Below are positions 30,120 to 39,236 of a DNA stretch of 64,000 nucleotides, one piece after another. This DNA comes from Planctomycetota bacterium (GTDB lineage Bacteria > Planctomycetota > GCA-002687715 > DRQF01), in NCBI GenBank assembly GCA_036479435.1, contig JAZGFI010000017.1, positions 1 to 64,000 on the forward strand, given 5' to 3'. The position numbers and the translations under genes are program-made. The notes under the pieces were generated by a model. That model made no database searches, was not told the origin of the DNA, and saw nothing but the letters and a program-made list of their open reading frames with translations. Each line of letters starts with the position of its first letter. The first letter of the stretch is position 1.

Positions 30120-30371
30120 ATCCACCTTGCGGGCCAGAGCCGACTTCTTGCGGGCGGCGTTGTTGTTGTGGACGATGTTGCGCTTGGCGCACTTGTCGAC
30201 GCGCTTCATGGCCTCTTTGAGGGCGAGCTGGGCCTTGGCCGAGTCACCGGCTTCACAGGCTTCGTTCACGCGCTTGATGGCGGTGCGCATCTTGGAGCTG
30301 ATGATGCGGTTGTGAATTCGTTTTTGTTCGTCCGTGCGGACACGTTTTTGAGCTTGCTTTGAGTGAGCCAT
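30111..30371 (-). CDS. rpsT: 30S ribosomal protein S20
   Basis: MAHSKQAQKRVR...NR...SKMRTAIK...IVHNNNAARKKSAL. Confidence 0.96.
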   Translation of the reverse strand: MAHSKQAQKRVRTDEQKRIHNRIISSKMRTAIKRVNEACEAGDSAKAQLALKEAMKRVDKCAKRNIVHNNNAARKKSALARKVDSI

Positions 30372-30430
30372 TTTTTGCTTTTTCGTATATCCTTGGGAGT
30401 TAAGTAGTTTGGGCTAGCTATCAGCTCTTT

Positions 30431-31786
30431 TCAAGGGCTGTTCAGGGTCTCAATCTTCCGGCCTACATCTTTGAAGCTGATATCGATCTCATAGATCGAC
30501 TGATAGTGGCTGAGAGCCTGTTCTGCCTCTCCCTGCTCCTCGTAGGCTCGGGCCAGGGTGTAGACGATTTCGAGGTTTTTCTCGTTGATCCCACCCATTC
30601 CCTGCAAAGCCTGAGTCAGCTGCTTGGTGGCAAGCTGCCAATGGCCCTTTTTGGCAAAAGCACGGCCCATGAGGGTCATGGCCTGGAACTTGCGTTTTGG
30701 GTCTTTCACGACGATCTGGAACTCGGCGATGGCTTCGTCGTATTCCTCGTCGTCGAGCAGGTATTGGCCGAGCTTGAAACGCAGACCGCTGTCGGTGGGG
30801 TGGACCTTCACTCGGCGGCGGAACTCGTCCACCCGAAAGGTCTTGCGCTCTTTTTGGAGGCGCCGTTGGCGATCTTCGGCACCGTCTTCTCCCGCCTGAG
30901 CTTCGGCCTTGAATTCCCGAATCTTGGTGTCGAATTCCAGCAACTTTACGTCGCCGAGCCGATCGGCGGTTTCACGGTCGTCTTTGTCGAGGCGGAGCAC
31001 CGACTGGAAAGACTCGGCGGCGCGCTTCAGGTCGCGCTTTTGAAAGTAAAGCTGACCGAGTTTGCGGTGCAGGCTCGCCTCGTTGGGCTGGCCTTCGATC
31101 TCGGCTTGGAGGTCTTTGATGGCGCCATCAATATCGTCGCTGCTGCGCACGATTTTCTGGCGTTTTTCGAGTTCTTCCATCTGGCCTTGGCTTTTGGCCA
31201 GATCGCGCGCGCTGCCCGCTCCTTCGAAGCCGCCGCTTTTGATGGCGCCCTCGGCAGCGAGGTTCTTGCGCATCTTTACCGCTTCTTGGTCTCGCGGCGA
31301 GATCTTGATGACGCGCTCGTAGCAGGCGAGGGATTCGTCGTACTTTTTGTTGTCGTAGTAGAGCCGTCCGAGGATTTTCAGGGCCTCGATGTCATCTGGA
31401 GCAAACTCCGCGACGACGGCGAAGGCGGCTTCAGCGCCGTTTTTGTGGCCCGCAGCCAAAAGCGCGTGGCCTAGCGACAAGTTCAACGCGACGTTCCTGG
31501 GGTCGTTCGAAAGGGCCTTTTCGGACATATTCGCGACCATGTTGTTCATGCGCAGCGTCTTGCCGAATCCGATGCCGATGCGATAACCGAGGTTTTTGAT
31601 CGCCGTGCTGCCCGAGGAGGGGTAGGCCTTCGCGTACTTGGCGAGCTCGGCGCGCCGTTTGCCTTGGCGGGCGCGGCCATTGTCGGGATCAAGGGCCAGG
31701 ATCTGGTCGAAGAGTGAAATGGCGAGATCGAAGTTTTTGCGACCGACCTCTTTTTCTGCTCGGTCGATGTGTCTTGAAACATCCAT
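30431..31786 (-). CDS. Tetratricopeptide repeat protein
   Basis: Multiple TPRs, for example ALKILGRLYYDNKKYDESLACYERVIKISP and LHRKLGQLYFQKRDLKRAAESFQSVL. Confidence 0.85.
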   Translation of the reverse strand: MDVSRHIDRAEKEVGRKNFDLAISLFDQILALDPDNGRARQGKRRAELAKYAKAYPSSGSTAIKNLGYRIGIGFGKTLRMNNMVANMSEKALSNDPRNVALNLSLGHALLAAGHKNGAEAAFAVVAEFAPDDIEALKILGRLYYDNKKYDESLACYERVIKISPRDQEAVKMRKNLAAEGAIKSGGFEGAGSARDLAKSQGQMEELEKRQKIVRSSDDIDGAIKDLQAEIEGQPNEASLHRKLGQLYFQKRDLKRAAESFQSVLRLDKDDRETADRLGDVKLLEFDTKIREFKAEAQAGEDGAEDRQRRLQKERKTFRVDEFRRRVKVHPTDSGLRFKLGQYLLDDEEYDEAIAEFQIVVKDPKRKFQAMTLMGRAFAKKGHWQLATKQLTQALQGMGGINEKNLEIVYTLARAYEEQGEAEQALSHYQSIYEIDISFKDVGRKIETLNSP

Positions 31787-32017
31787 GGGGCGACCCTGGA
31801 CCTCCGCGTCAAACTGAAGGGAATCGAGCCCGTGTTATAGGCTGAGCCGATATCCTCATCAAATCGCCCTCAATGGCGAGGAAATTCCCTTTCCTGTTGC
31901 CGGACCTGGACTTCTGACCTTCGATTTCGAGTGGATACGGGCCTCGCGCGGTTTGCAAGTCTTTGAACCCGAAGGGCTTGAAGTTATCCTTAGTCGCAGA
32001 AGACGCGGAGATGCTGC

Positions 32018-32527
32018 ATGCGAATTGTCTACTATCCCGATCCCGTACTCCTAAAGGCAGCCGCCTTGGTTGAGGAGTTGCCCGAGAATCTCGATGAGAT
32101 CGTCGCGGGCATGCGAGAGGTCATGGCCCTTGAACGCGGTATCGGGCTGGCCGCCCCCCAGGTCGGCATCGGATTGCAGATCATCCTCATTGGCGCTACC
32201 TCCGACGAGGAAGAAGAACGCGTACTTTTGAATCCGCGCATCGCTCGTTTCGCCGGCAAAAAAGAGTGGGGCGAAGAGGGTTGCCTGAGTTTTCCCGGAA
32301 TTTACGGTGATGTCTTGCGCTCGACAGAAATCGAAGTGGCCTACACCGACCTTGAAGGCCATGAGCAGACCCTGATCGCCAATGATTTCTTCGCTCGTGT
32401 CCTACAGCACGAGATCGATCATCTGAAGGGCCAGATCTTCGTCAACAAAATGCGTCCCTCGGACAAGATTGTAAACCGTGCCCGCCTCCAAGAGTTGCGG
32501 GACCGCTTTGAGGCCGCGAAGGCCTGA
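32018..32527 (+). CDS. def: Peptide deformylase
   Basis: GIGLAAPQVG, EGCLS and QHEIDHL. Confidence 0.97.
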   Translation: MRIVYYPDPVLLKAAALVEELPENLDEIVAGMREVMALERGIGLAAPQVGIGLQIILIGATSDEEEERVLLNPRIARFAGKKEWGEEGCLSFPGIYGDVLRSTEIEVAYTDLEGHEQTLIANDFFARVLQHEIDHLKGQIFVNKMRPSDKIVNRARLQELRDRFEAAKA

Positions 32528-33519
32528 TGCGGCTTTTTGAGAGCCTAGACGCGGCCAAAGCCGCGGGCTTTCGCTCCTCAGTGGTGACCCTTGGCGTCTT
32601 TGATGGCGTCCATATCGGCCATCGCTACGTCTTGCGCGAGTGCCTCCGCTTAGCGGCTGAGCGCGGTGTTGAATCAGTGGTCGTGACTTTTGTTCACCAT
32701 CCTCGCGCCGTCATCGCCGGCAAAGCCCCCAAACTCATCACTTCGATCGGCCATCGGCTCCGGCTTTTTGCCGAACTGGGTATCGAGAACGTGCTGGCAC
32801 TCACTTTCGACGATCAGATCAGAGAGACACCCGCGGACGATTTCGCGCATTCAGTGTTCGAGGACATCTTGAAGGCCCAAGTCGTCGTTTTGGGCCACAA
32901 TTGCCGCTTCGGCAAAAACCGAGAGGGTGACGCCGAGTATCTGATCGAACGAGCTGGCGAGTTTGCTTTCAAAGCACGCCACGCCAAAGAAGTCAGCATC
33001 GGTCGCCACATTGTTTCCAGCACCAGTATCCGCCGCGCGATCCTCGACGGAGATCTTGAAGCGGCGTCCTCGATGCTCGGGCGTCCTTTCGCGATCTACG
33101 GGGCCGTCGTGAAAGGAGATGGCCGCGGCCGAACGATCGGTTTCCCCACGGCCAACTTGGACCTTCATCACGAGCTGCGCCCGCCGCGCGGGGTCTACGG
33201 AACTCGCGTTCGGCTCAACGATGGACAACAATTCGACGCCTTGGTCAACATTGGAGTGCGTCCTACCTTCAAAGAAGCGCCCCCCAACGACTGGGAGGGC
33301 CGCGATCGCTTCGAAACCGTCGAGGCCCACTTACTGGACTTTGAGGGCGATCTTTACGGCCGTGACCTTGAAGTCACCTTCTTGACCCACATTCGCGAAG
33401 AAATGAAGTTTGAAGGCGCTGAGGCCCTCACGGCTCGCATCAAGCAGGATCGAGCCACATTTTTGGCCTTTCTCGCTGGCCGCCATCAATCCGTTGACTC
33501 TTCCGAATCCCCTCGATAA
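32527..33519 (+). CDS. ribF: Bifunctional riboflavin kinase/FAD synthetase
   Basis: GVFDGVHIGH, VSSTSIR, GRTIGFPTAN, NIGVRPT and EAHLLDF. Confidence 0.96.
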   Translation: MRLFESLDAAKAAGFRSSVVTLGVFDGVHIGHRYVLRECLRLAAERGVESVVVTFVHHPRAVIAGKAPKLITSIGHRLRLFAELGIENVLALTFDDQIRETPADDFAHSVFEDILKAQVVVLGHNCRFGKNREGDAEYLIERAGEFAFKARHAKEVSIGRHIVSSTSIRRAILDGDLEAASSMLGRPFAIYGAVVKGDGRGRTIGFPTANLDLHHELRPPRGVYGTRVRLNDGQQFDALVNIGVRPTFKEAPPNDWEGRDRFETVEAHLLDFEGDLYGRDLEVTFLTHIREEMKFEGAEALTARIKQDRATFLAFLAGRHQSVDSSESPR

Positions 33520-33522
33520 CAT
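33494..33522 (+). promoter_or_regulatory. Candidate sigma70 promoter for tRNA-Phe
   Basis: TTGACT-17 nt-TAACAT, 36 nt before the tRNA. Confidence 0.55.
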
Positions 33523-33558
33523 CCCGGCGCTCACGCACGGTTCGCCGCAGCGAAGCAC

Positions 33559-33631
33559 GGTCGGGTAGCTCAGTTGGTAGAGCACTTGATTGAAAATCAA
33601 GGGGTCGGCGGTTCGGATCCGCCCCCGACCA
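33559..33631 (+). tRNA. tRNA-Phe(GAA) with non-canonical G58
   Basis: GGTCGGG/CCCGACC acceptor stem, CTTGA-TTGAAAA-TCAAG anticodon arm and GGCGG-TTCGGAT-CCGCC T arm. No encoded CCA. Confidence 0.93.
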
Positions 33632-33641
33632 TCATCGACGG

Positions 33642-33678
33642 GCCCGAGAATCGCTGCATGCGAGTCTCGGGCTTTTTT
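33642..33678 (+). terminator. Intrinsic terminator after tRNA-Phe
   Basis: GCCCGAGA...TCTCGGGC followed by TTTTTT. Confidence 0.75.
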
Positions 33679-33898
33679 GCATGCGTCCGGCTGAGAAAAT
33701 GCCCTGCTTCTGATTCTTGACGCATGCGAGAGCCTTTCCGGGGCCCCGTCCAGGCTTAATTCACTCTCCCACACGAAGTTCCGCCGAAGGGCTGAGGCGC
33801 ATGAATATGCCCTTATGGCGTTGCTGGCTTGGGTTTTCCTTCAGAGATCAGGCGGGCTGACCGATGAGATCTTTGGAGATGGACAGCGTGAGGCGAAA

Positions 33899-34417
33899 AT
33901 GACCAGCCAATTTTGGGCTTGTTTCCGACATCGAGATGGAATTGAGGGAGAGCGAGGTTTCACCTTGCTCGAGATCATGGTGGTCATGGCGATTATCGCC
34001 ATCCTCGCCACAATGTCGGTTCCTTTTTACCAGAGCGTGGTGAAGTCGGCGGAGATTAGATCTTCCGTCGCCGACTTGGAAACGATGTCGCGAGTTATCG
34101 ACGCCTACATTGGGCAGCACGGTTACGCACCGGCAAGCCTCTCCGACGTGGGTATTGAGGGCTTCACCGATCCTTGGGGTCGCCCCTATCACTACCTTCG
34201 GCTTGCGAATGCCCCCGACGCGGCGCCGCCGATGGTGGGCGCGGCGCGGACCGGTGCTGACGCCCTTCCGGTGAACTCCGACTACGATTTGTTCACCATC
34301 GGCGCTGACGGCGAGTACCTGGCTGAGCTCTCCGCGCCTGAGAGTCGAGATGACGTTATCCGGGCCGACAATGGCTCGTTCCACGGTGCCGTGTTCGAGT
34401 ACCACGAGACTCCCTGA
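33899..34417 (+). CDS. Prepilin / GspG-like major pseudopilin
   Basis: RG|FTLLEIMVVMAIIAILA type III signal, DPWGRPYHY and YDLFTIGADG. The start is uncertain (33815 or 33899). Confidence 0.85.
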   Translation: MTSQFWACFRHRDGIEGERGFTLLEIMVVMAIIAILATMSVPFYQSVVKSAEIRSSVADLETMSRVIDAYIGQHGYAPASLSDVGIEGFTDPWGRPYHYLRLANAPDAAPPMVGAARTGADALPVNSDYDLFTIGADGEYLAELSAPESRDDVIRADNGSFHGAVFEYHETP

Positions 34418-34421
34418 TCGG

Positions 34422-35825
34422 CTATCGACTTCCAGACTTGGGATAACCCATCGAGCGCAGGCATTGCTGCCAAGCGCTCTTGTCGGCGTCGTGGCGTTGT
34501 CCGGTAAGCGCAACCAGTGCGTCGCGAGCGCTGGCTCGCACGCCGGGAACAGAATCACTAAGGACGTCGCAGATCGCGAACGCCGACTCGGCACTCTTCA
34601 AGCGTTGGAAAACTCGGCAGGTCATCAAACGCACATGGGCGTCCGAATGCGTCAGAAGCGGTGATAGGTGCGGCGCGATCACATGCAAGTAGGCTTTGCG
34701 GCGGCCAATATCTTTGAGAGCCTTGACGACGATGTCCGCATCCTCAGCATCGAGCATCTCCTCAATGGTTGGCCACTCTTCAGCGCGCCAATTCTCGATT
34801 TGATCTAGCCAATCCATCCATAGATCCGTGTCGGCCGGATACGGGACGGAGGAGAGCGACTTCAGCTGAGTCCAAGCTGTGCGCCGTACCCGCGGGCTAT
34901 CATCTTCCAAGGCCGCGGCGATCGCGCGGTAGGAGGAAACATCGCGATGTTTCGCGAGCACCTCAATCGCGGCTCGGCGGACTTTCCAGTTCTTAGAAGT
35001 CAGCCCGTCTCGGATCTTGAAGAGGAGCCTTTGGTCCGATCGTAAGGCCGACAATGACGGGAATTCTGCGATCTCCGCCAAGATGAGCCGGTCCTTGGCA
35101 CCGCCCAGCATCCCCGCCAGGTGTAGGAGCGCTTCTTGAGTTCTGAGGCGGGCGAAGATCCTGATCAACAAGTCCTGAGACCGGCCCGTACAGGATCTAG
35201 TCGTCTTGGCTAAGCGCCTGATGCCGTCGGGCTCACGGCCGAGGAGTTTTGTCAGTGAAGTACGAAAAGTGGTGGCCACCGTCGGGCCCGCGAAAAGCCG
35301 TGAGTTCGTCTCTTGGAACGCCTGGGCCACGAATTCCAAGGATTGTCCTTCGCCGATCTCACCCAAAAGGCGCACCGCCTGAAGGCGAGCGTGGATATCG
35401 ACTTTCCCCAGTGCAAGCGGAGTCAGGAAATCCAAAGTGCTTTCGCTCGACTTGGCTGCCAAAGAGTCAATGACGACTTTACGTTCAGGGCGGCTGAGCG
35501 TTCGATATTCTTCGCGGCCTTTGGGTCCGCTCTGGCGTTTTGGGATCAACCCACAAAATGCCGCGTAGAGCGCTTCGGTGGAATGCCCTTGTTGGATGAA
35601 CGTGTTGACTGCGATCTGCTTTTGCTTCCTAGAGGCTCTCGCCCGAGCCTTGTTCTGTGACGGGCGAAGTGACTCAAACACGGCTTCAAGAGCCGAGTTG
35701 TTGCTAGCGTCTTTAGATTGCGATCTAAGGTCCGGTGCTGTCGCTCCTACAATGCTCATGACCAGTATCGCCAATAGGATCTGGTGCCCGTTATGCGTCA
35801 AGTTTGATCGCGGTGTCGTTCTCAT
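34422..35825 (-). CDS. Exported HEAT-repeat protein
   Basis: N-terminal hydrophobic signal and HEAT repeats (WKVRRAAIEVLA, LEDDSPRVRRTA, DSVPGVRASARDAL). Confidence 0.8.
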   Translation of the reverse strand: MRTTPRSNLTHNGHQILLAILVMSIVGATAPDLRSQSKDASNNSALEAVFESLRPSQNKARARASRKQKQIAVNTFIQQGHSTEALYAAFCGLIPKRQSGPKGREEYRTLSRPERKVVIDSLAAKSSESTLDFLTPLALGKVDIHARLQAVRLLGEIGEGQSLEFVAQAFQETNSRLFAGPTVATTFRTSLTKLLGREPDGIRRLAKTTRSCTGRSQDLLIRIFARLRTQEALLHLAGMLGGAKDRLILAEIAEFPSLSALRSDQRLLFKIRDGLTSKNWKVRRAAIEVLAKHRDVSSYRAIAAALEDDSPRVRRTAWTQLKSLSSVPYPADTDLWMDWLDQIENWRAEEWPTIEEMLDAEDADIVVKALKDIGRRKAYLHVIAPHLSPLLTHSDAHVRLMTCRVFQRLKSAESAFAICDVLSDSVPGVRASARDALVALTGQRHDADKSAWQQCLRSMGYPKSGSR

Positions 35826-35834
35826 AGCGTCAAC

Positions 35835-37259
35835 CTATTCGTTCACGCTGTCGCGGAACCACGCTACGATGCTGTAGCCAAGCGTGTACATCCCGTGGCT
35901 GGGCGCACCAGGGATCTGAACCGACCCGTCTTTTAGTTTGGGATCAAACTCGACAACGAGTTTGTTGTGGAACTCAGCGTTGGCGTCGCGGTCGATTTCG
36001 ATTTGGTTGCCGGCGGCCATCGTTCCGAAGAGCCTGACATCATCAGAGCCACTGGACGACAAGTTGTTTTCGTGGAAGTTGTTTTCGGCGTACATGAACC
36101 CGTGCATGGTCTCCAATGTTCCTGCCGACGGGTCTCCGAAGTAGATGTTGCCGCTATCACTTACCTGATCGTCAACCAGCGCCACAAAAGCGACACCATC
36201 CAACCCAGAGTCTGAGTAGAAGAAGTTGTCACCGATGTAGATGTTGCCCTTGACGGCAAAAGTGATTTGCGATCCTTCGGGCACTGACGCCAGTTTGTAC
36301 GAATAAGTCGGGTGACTGTGAATCCACAAGTTGCCGTCAATGTAGTAGGTCTTGTTCTGACGTGTCGCGCCATCTCCTGTATCAAGACTAACGATGTAGG
36401 CGTCACTACCGTCCCAATCTGGATCAAGAGTCGCCTCTTCGTAGGGGTCTTCGAGGAAGTAGTCGTCTTTCTCAGTGGGGTCCGTGGCGGAAGTACGGTC
36501 GCTGGGGTTTTTGCGGAAAACGTGTGCAGCATTTGTTTGCGGTAGTTGAAGAGCGATACCCCCGGCTTCGTCACTCTCCGAAACCCCGTGAGAATCGAAC
36601 TCAGCCGCGACATCGACGTCGTGATTGACCGCGTAGTTCATGCTGCCAAAATCGGGAAGCGGTTGTCCCAGCGAAGTTTTTGCGTCGACGCCGGTAGCGA
36701 TTCCCTTTACTGTGACCTCGCCGGTAATGACGACTTGCCCGGTGACATCAATATCTTGACCGCTATAAATATCTCCCGAGATCTCGTCGGCTTGGGCTCC
36801 CGAGCCGCCGAATTTCAGGGAGTAGTTCGGGTCTCCCGAGGAGTTGCCCGCGAAGATCGCGTGATGAAAGACGGCAATATTTGGTGCCGCAATTCCGGAT
36901 ACGATACGAACCACGCCGTTAACCCTGGCTTCGCACCTCAGGGTAACGGTGTCGTTCTCATTTTCAGTTGCGACCACCCAAAACTCGCCATACTCGATGC
37001 TGACAGGCGCCGCCTCCGAGCCGAGGTTGCCGCTTTCGCCCTTGCTCAATTCAATGTTAGCGAGCTCTAGGCCGGCCTCAGCGATGTAAAGGCAGCGCAT
37101 GTTTTCATAGGAAGCTGAATGCTCTGCACCATGTCGGCCGACGACCGTTAGCGTGACCACTGTAAAACTCATCAAAAGGAACAGGGCGATGAGCGCCATG
37201 AAGAGCGCCATTCCTGCCTCGCGCCGATCGAGGTTCATGTGAACTGGATAGTATGTCAT
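35835..37259 (-). CDS. PilX-like minor pilin with large beta-rich C-terminal domain
   Basis: EAG|MALFMALIALFLL (no Glu5, typical of PilX/GspK) and YIAEAGL PilX-N motif. Confidence 0.75.
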   Translation of the reverse strand: MTYYPVHMNLDRREAGMALFMALIALFLLMSFTVVTLTVVGRHGAEHSASYENMRCLYIAEAGLELANIELSKGESGNLGSEAAPVSIEYGEFWVVATENENDTVTLRCEARVNGVVRIVSGIAAPNIAVFHHAIFAGNSSGDPNYSLKFGGSGAQADEISGDIYSGQDIDVTGQVVITGEVTVKGIATGVDAKTSLGQPLPDFGSMNYAVNHDVDVAAEFDSHGVSESDEAGGIALQLPQTNAAHVFRKNPSDRTSATDPTEKDDYFLEDPYEEATLDPDWDGSDAYIVSLDTGDGATRQNKTYYIDGNLWIHSHPTYSYKLASVPEGSQITFAVKGNIYIGDNFFYSDSGLDGVAFVALVDDQVSDSGNIYFGDPSAGTLETMHGFMYAENNFHENNLSSSGSDDVRLFGTMAAGNQIEIDRDANAEFHNKLVVEFDPKLKDGSVQIPGAPSHGMYTLGYSIVAWFRDSVNE

Positions 37260-37273
37260 GGATATTGTTCGCG

Positions 37274-37930
37274 TTAGTTCCGAAGCGTGAACGACGTTTC
37301 CGCAGTTCGCGACAAGATGTTGCCGTTGTGTTGGACGAGATCCATACCGATTCGAATCGTCAGCGCCCTGCCGACGAGCTCAAAACTCAGCCCGTTCTCA
37401 TCGATCAAGCCGTTGCCGTTGTCGTCGAGTCCATTGGCGGTTTCACCGTCCAGGTACCGTTGAAGGTCTTGGGCCAAAACCGTCGTTTTCTGGCTAGGTA
37501 GGCCGTAGTCGGTGCGCAGCACGATGTCGGCTTCGTCCGTCAGGCCGTCGTTGTCGTTGTCAATTCCGTCGAAGGGATCGTTGGGATCGGAGACCATCTC
37601 GATGATGGAAGTTGTCCCCATCACTAAGGAACCGTCTACATAGTCGGTTGCCTCTTGGAAGGTCATCGCGCTGCCGCTTGAGTCAATGAGAATACCGGAT
37701 ACTTGAGCCTGGTAGATTCTTCCCAGTACGCGCTCGGTCGCGGCGTGGACCTTTCGATTCAAGATTGAGAACTCTTTCGTCGAGTCAGAAATCTCTGCGG
37801 TCGCAGTGATGACGGAGTAGGCCGTGAGAAGGATCGCGGCGATCCCGGAAAGGGCGATGACCATCTCGACGAGGCTCATCCCCGCTTGTCGCCAGTGTCC
37901 ACCGGGCGCCGGATTATCCGCCTTACTCAT
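37274..37930 (-). CDS. PilW/PulJ-like minor pilin with DxDxDG acidic motifs
   Basis: AG|MSLVEMVIAL, DGIDNDNDGLTDE and NGLDDNGNGLIDE, ending TSFTLRN. Start may be 37945 or 37930. Confidence 0.8.
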   Translation of the reverse strand: MSKADNPAPGGHWRQAGMSLVEMVIALSGIAAILLTAYSVITATAEISDSTKEFSILNRKVHAATERVLGRIYQAQVSGILIDSSGSAMTFQEATDYVDGSLVMGTTSIIEMVSDPNDPFDGIDNDNDGLTDEADIVLRTDYGLPSQKTTVLAQDLQRYLDGETANGLDDNGNGLIDENGLSFELVGRALTIRIGMDLVQHNGNILSRTAETSFTLRN

Positions 37931-38516
37931 CGATGCCTCGATCACTGAATATCAAGGGGATTCGCTGGGTCTTGGTCTGGCCACTGGCGGAAGCCCAGGA
38001 CACATCGAGCAAGGCCGGCAGGACTCGATAGCCCACTAAGTCGGCATCAACCGTCAAGGCACCGTCGACGTTGAGGTCTGTGGGAAACCCCGGAACAAGG
38101 GCCGCGCTCTCCTCGGACAGAGCGCCATCCGCATTGACCGGGAAGTTGATCACAACGTCAAAATCGACTGGTGGTCCTCCCACCCAACTTGCGTTGACGG
38201 TGAACGCGCCGCCGGGAGACTCCGCCGTCGGCGGGTCGTCTTCCGTCGTGCCATTGTAGCGTTCGAAGATTTCGCTGAAGGGGACTGCCTTCATATCCTC
38301 AATGACCTTTCGACAGATTGACGTCGCCACGGCCGTTTCTCGGCTTTGTGCTTCGAGGCCGACGGTGGCGACTGAGAGTTGAAGGGTTCCGATCGCGGCC
38401 ATGGTCAGAACGGCAACTGCCAAGACGAGTTCCAAGATTGAGAAACCCGCGTCGGATCTGGCGGCGCGTCTGCGCTCCTGCGGCCTCATCGTGTTGGCGC
38501 GAAACGAGTTAGACAT
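37923..38516 (-). CDS. PilV-like minor pilin
   Basis: AG|FSILELVLAVAVL, IEDMKAVPFSEI and LDVSW. Confidence 0.8.
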   Translation of the reverse strand: MSNSFRANTMRPQERRRAARSDAGFSILELVLAVAVLTMAAIGTLQLSVATVGLEAQSRETAVATSICRKVIEDMKAVPFSEIFERYNGTTEDDPPTAESPGGAFTVNASWVGGPPVDFDVVINFPVNADGALSEESAALVPGFPTDLNVDGALTVDADLVGYRVLPALLDVSWASASGQTKTQRIPLIFSDRGIDE

Positions 38517-38760
38517 GGCACTCCAATCTCCGCATTGCCCCGAGTTGTCGGGGACTGACTGCTCGCGAGCTAACGCGAGAGTTGGGCTGGACGGTTACAC
38601 TGCGCCGGAATCGCGAGTGCTTCCTCGCCCTCAGTTTCGGCATTCGAGCCGCCGGCTCATGCCAGGATCTTTATGCACTGTTGTTTTTTGCGGCGCTCGG
38701 ACTCAAGACCGCGATCGTTGTCGGACGAAGATTGGAGAGTTGGCAATCAGAGGAAATCGC

Positions 38761-39204
38761 ATGTCTGCTTCACCTAAAGCTTTGAATACCGCCTTGCGCC
38801 GCACGGAGTATCTGGTCGACCGACCGATGCAACTTAGGGCCGCCGTTTCCGTTGCGGGCTTGCTCGGAGTGGTCGGGGTGGCCTGCGCTCTGGTCATGTA
38901 CATGGCGCCGACCGAGGAGTTCTTCGCGCACCTGTCACCGCAGGAAGTAAAAGCCGTCTTCACCTACGCAACCGCCGCCTTCTTTTTTATGGGCCTCATC
39001 GTGGTCGTGACCTGCGCCATTGTCTTTACTCACCGCGTGGCTGGTTCTTCCCGCGTGTTAGTGGCAGCACTCGAAGGCATGATGAAGGGCGACTATGGAA
39101 AACGCGTCGGACTGCGCGACAAGGACTACTTGAAAGACCTTTCTGCTGCGATCGGCAAGATGCAGCGTCAGCTAAGCGAAGAACGTAGCACCAACGGCCA
39201 GTAA
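38761..39204 (+). CDS. Small two-TM membrane protein with HAMP-like C-terminus
   Basis: RRTEYLVDRPMQ, two TMs and THRVAG...GDYGKRVGLRDKDYLKDL. Start moved to ATG 38761. Confidence 0.7.
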   Translation: MSASPKALNTALRRTEYLVDRPMQLRAAVSVAGLLGVVGVACALVMYMAPTEEFFAHLSPQEVKAVFTYATAAFFFMGLIVVVTCAIVFTHRVAGSSRVLVAALEGMMKGDYGKRVGLRDKDYLKDLSAAIGKMQRQLSEERSTNGQ

Positions 39205-39236
39205 ATCAGGAATGAGTCGCGCTAAAGCCGTCCTCC

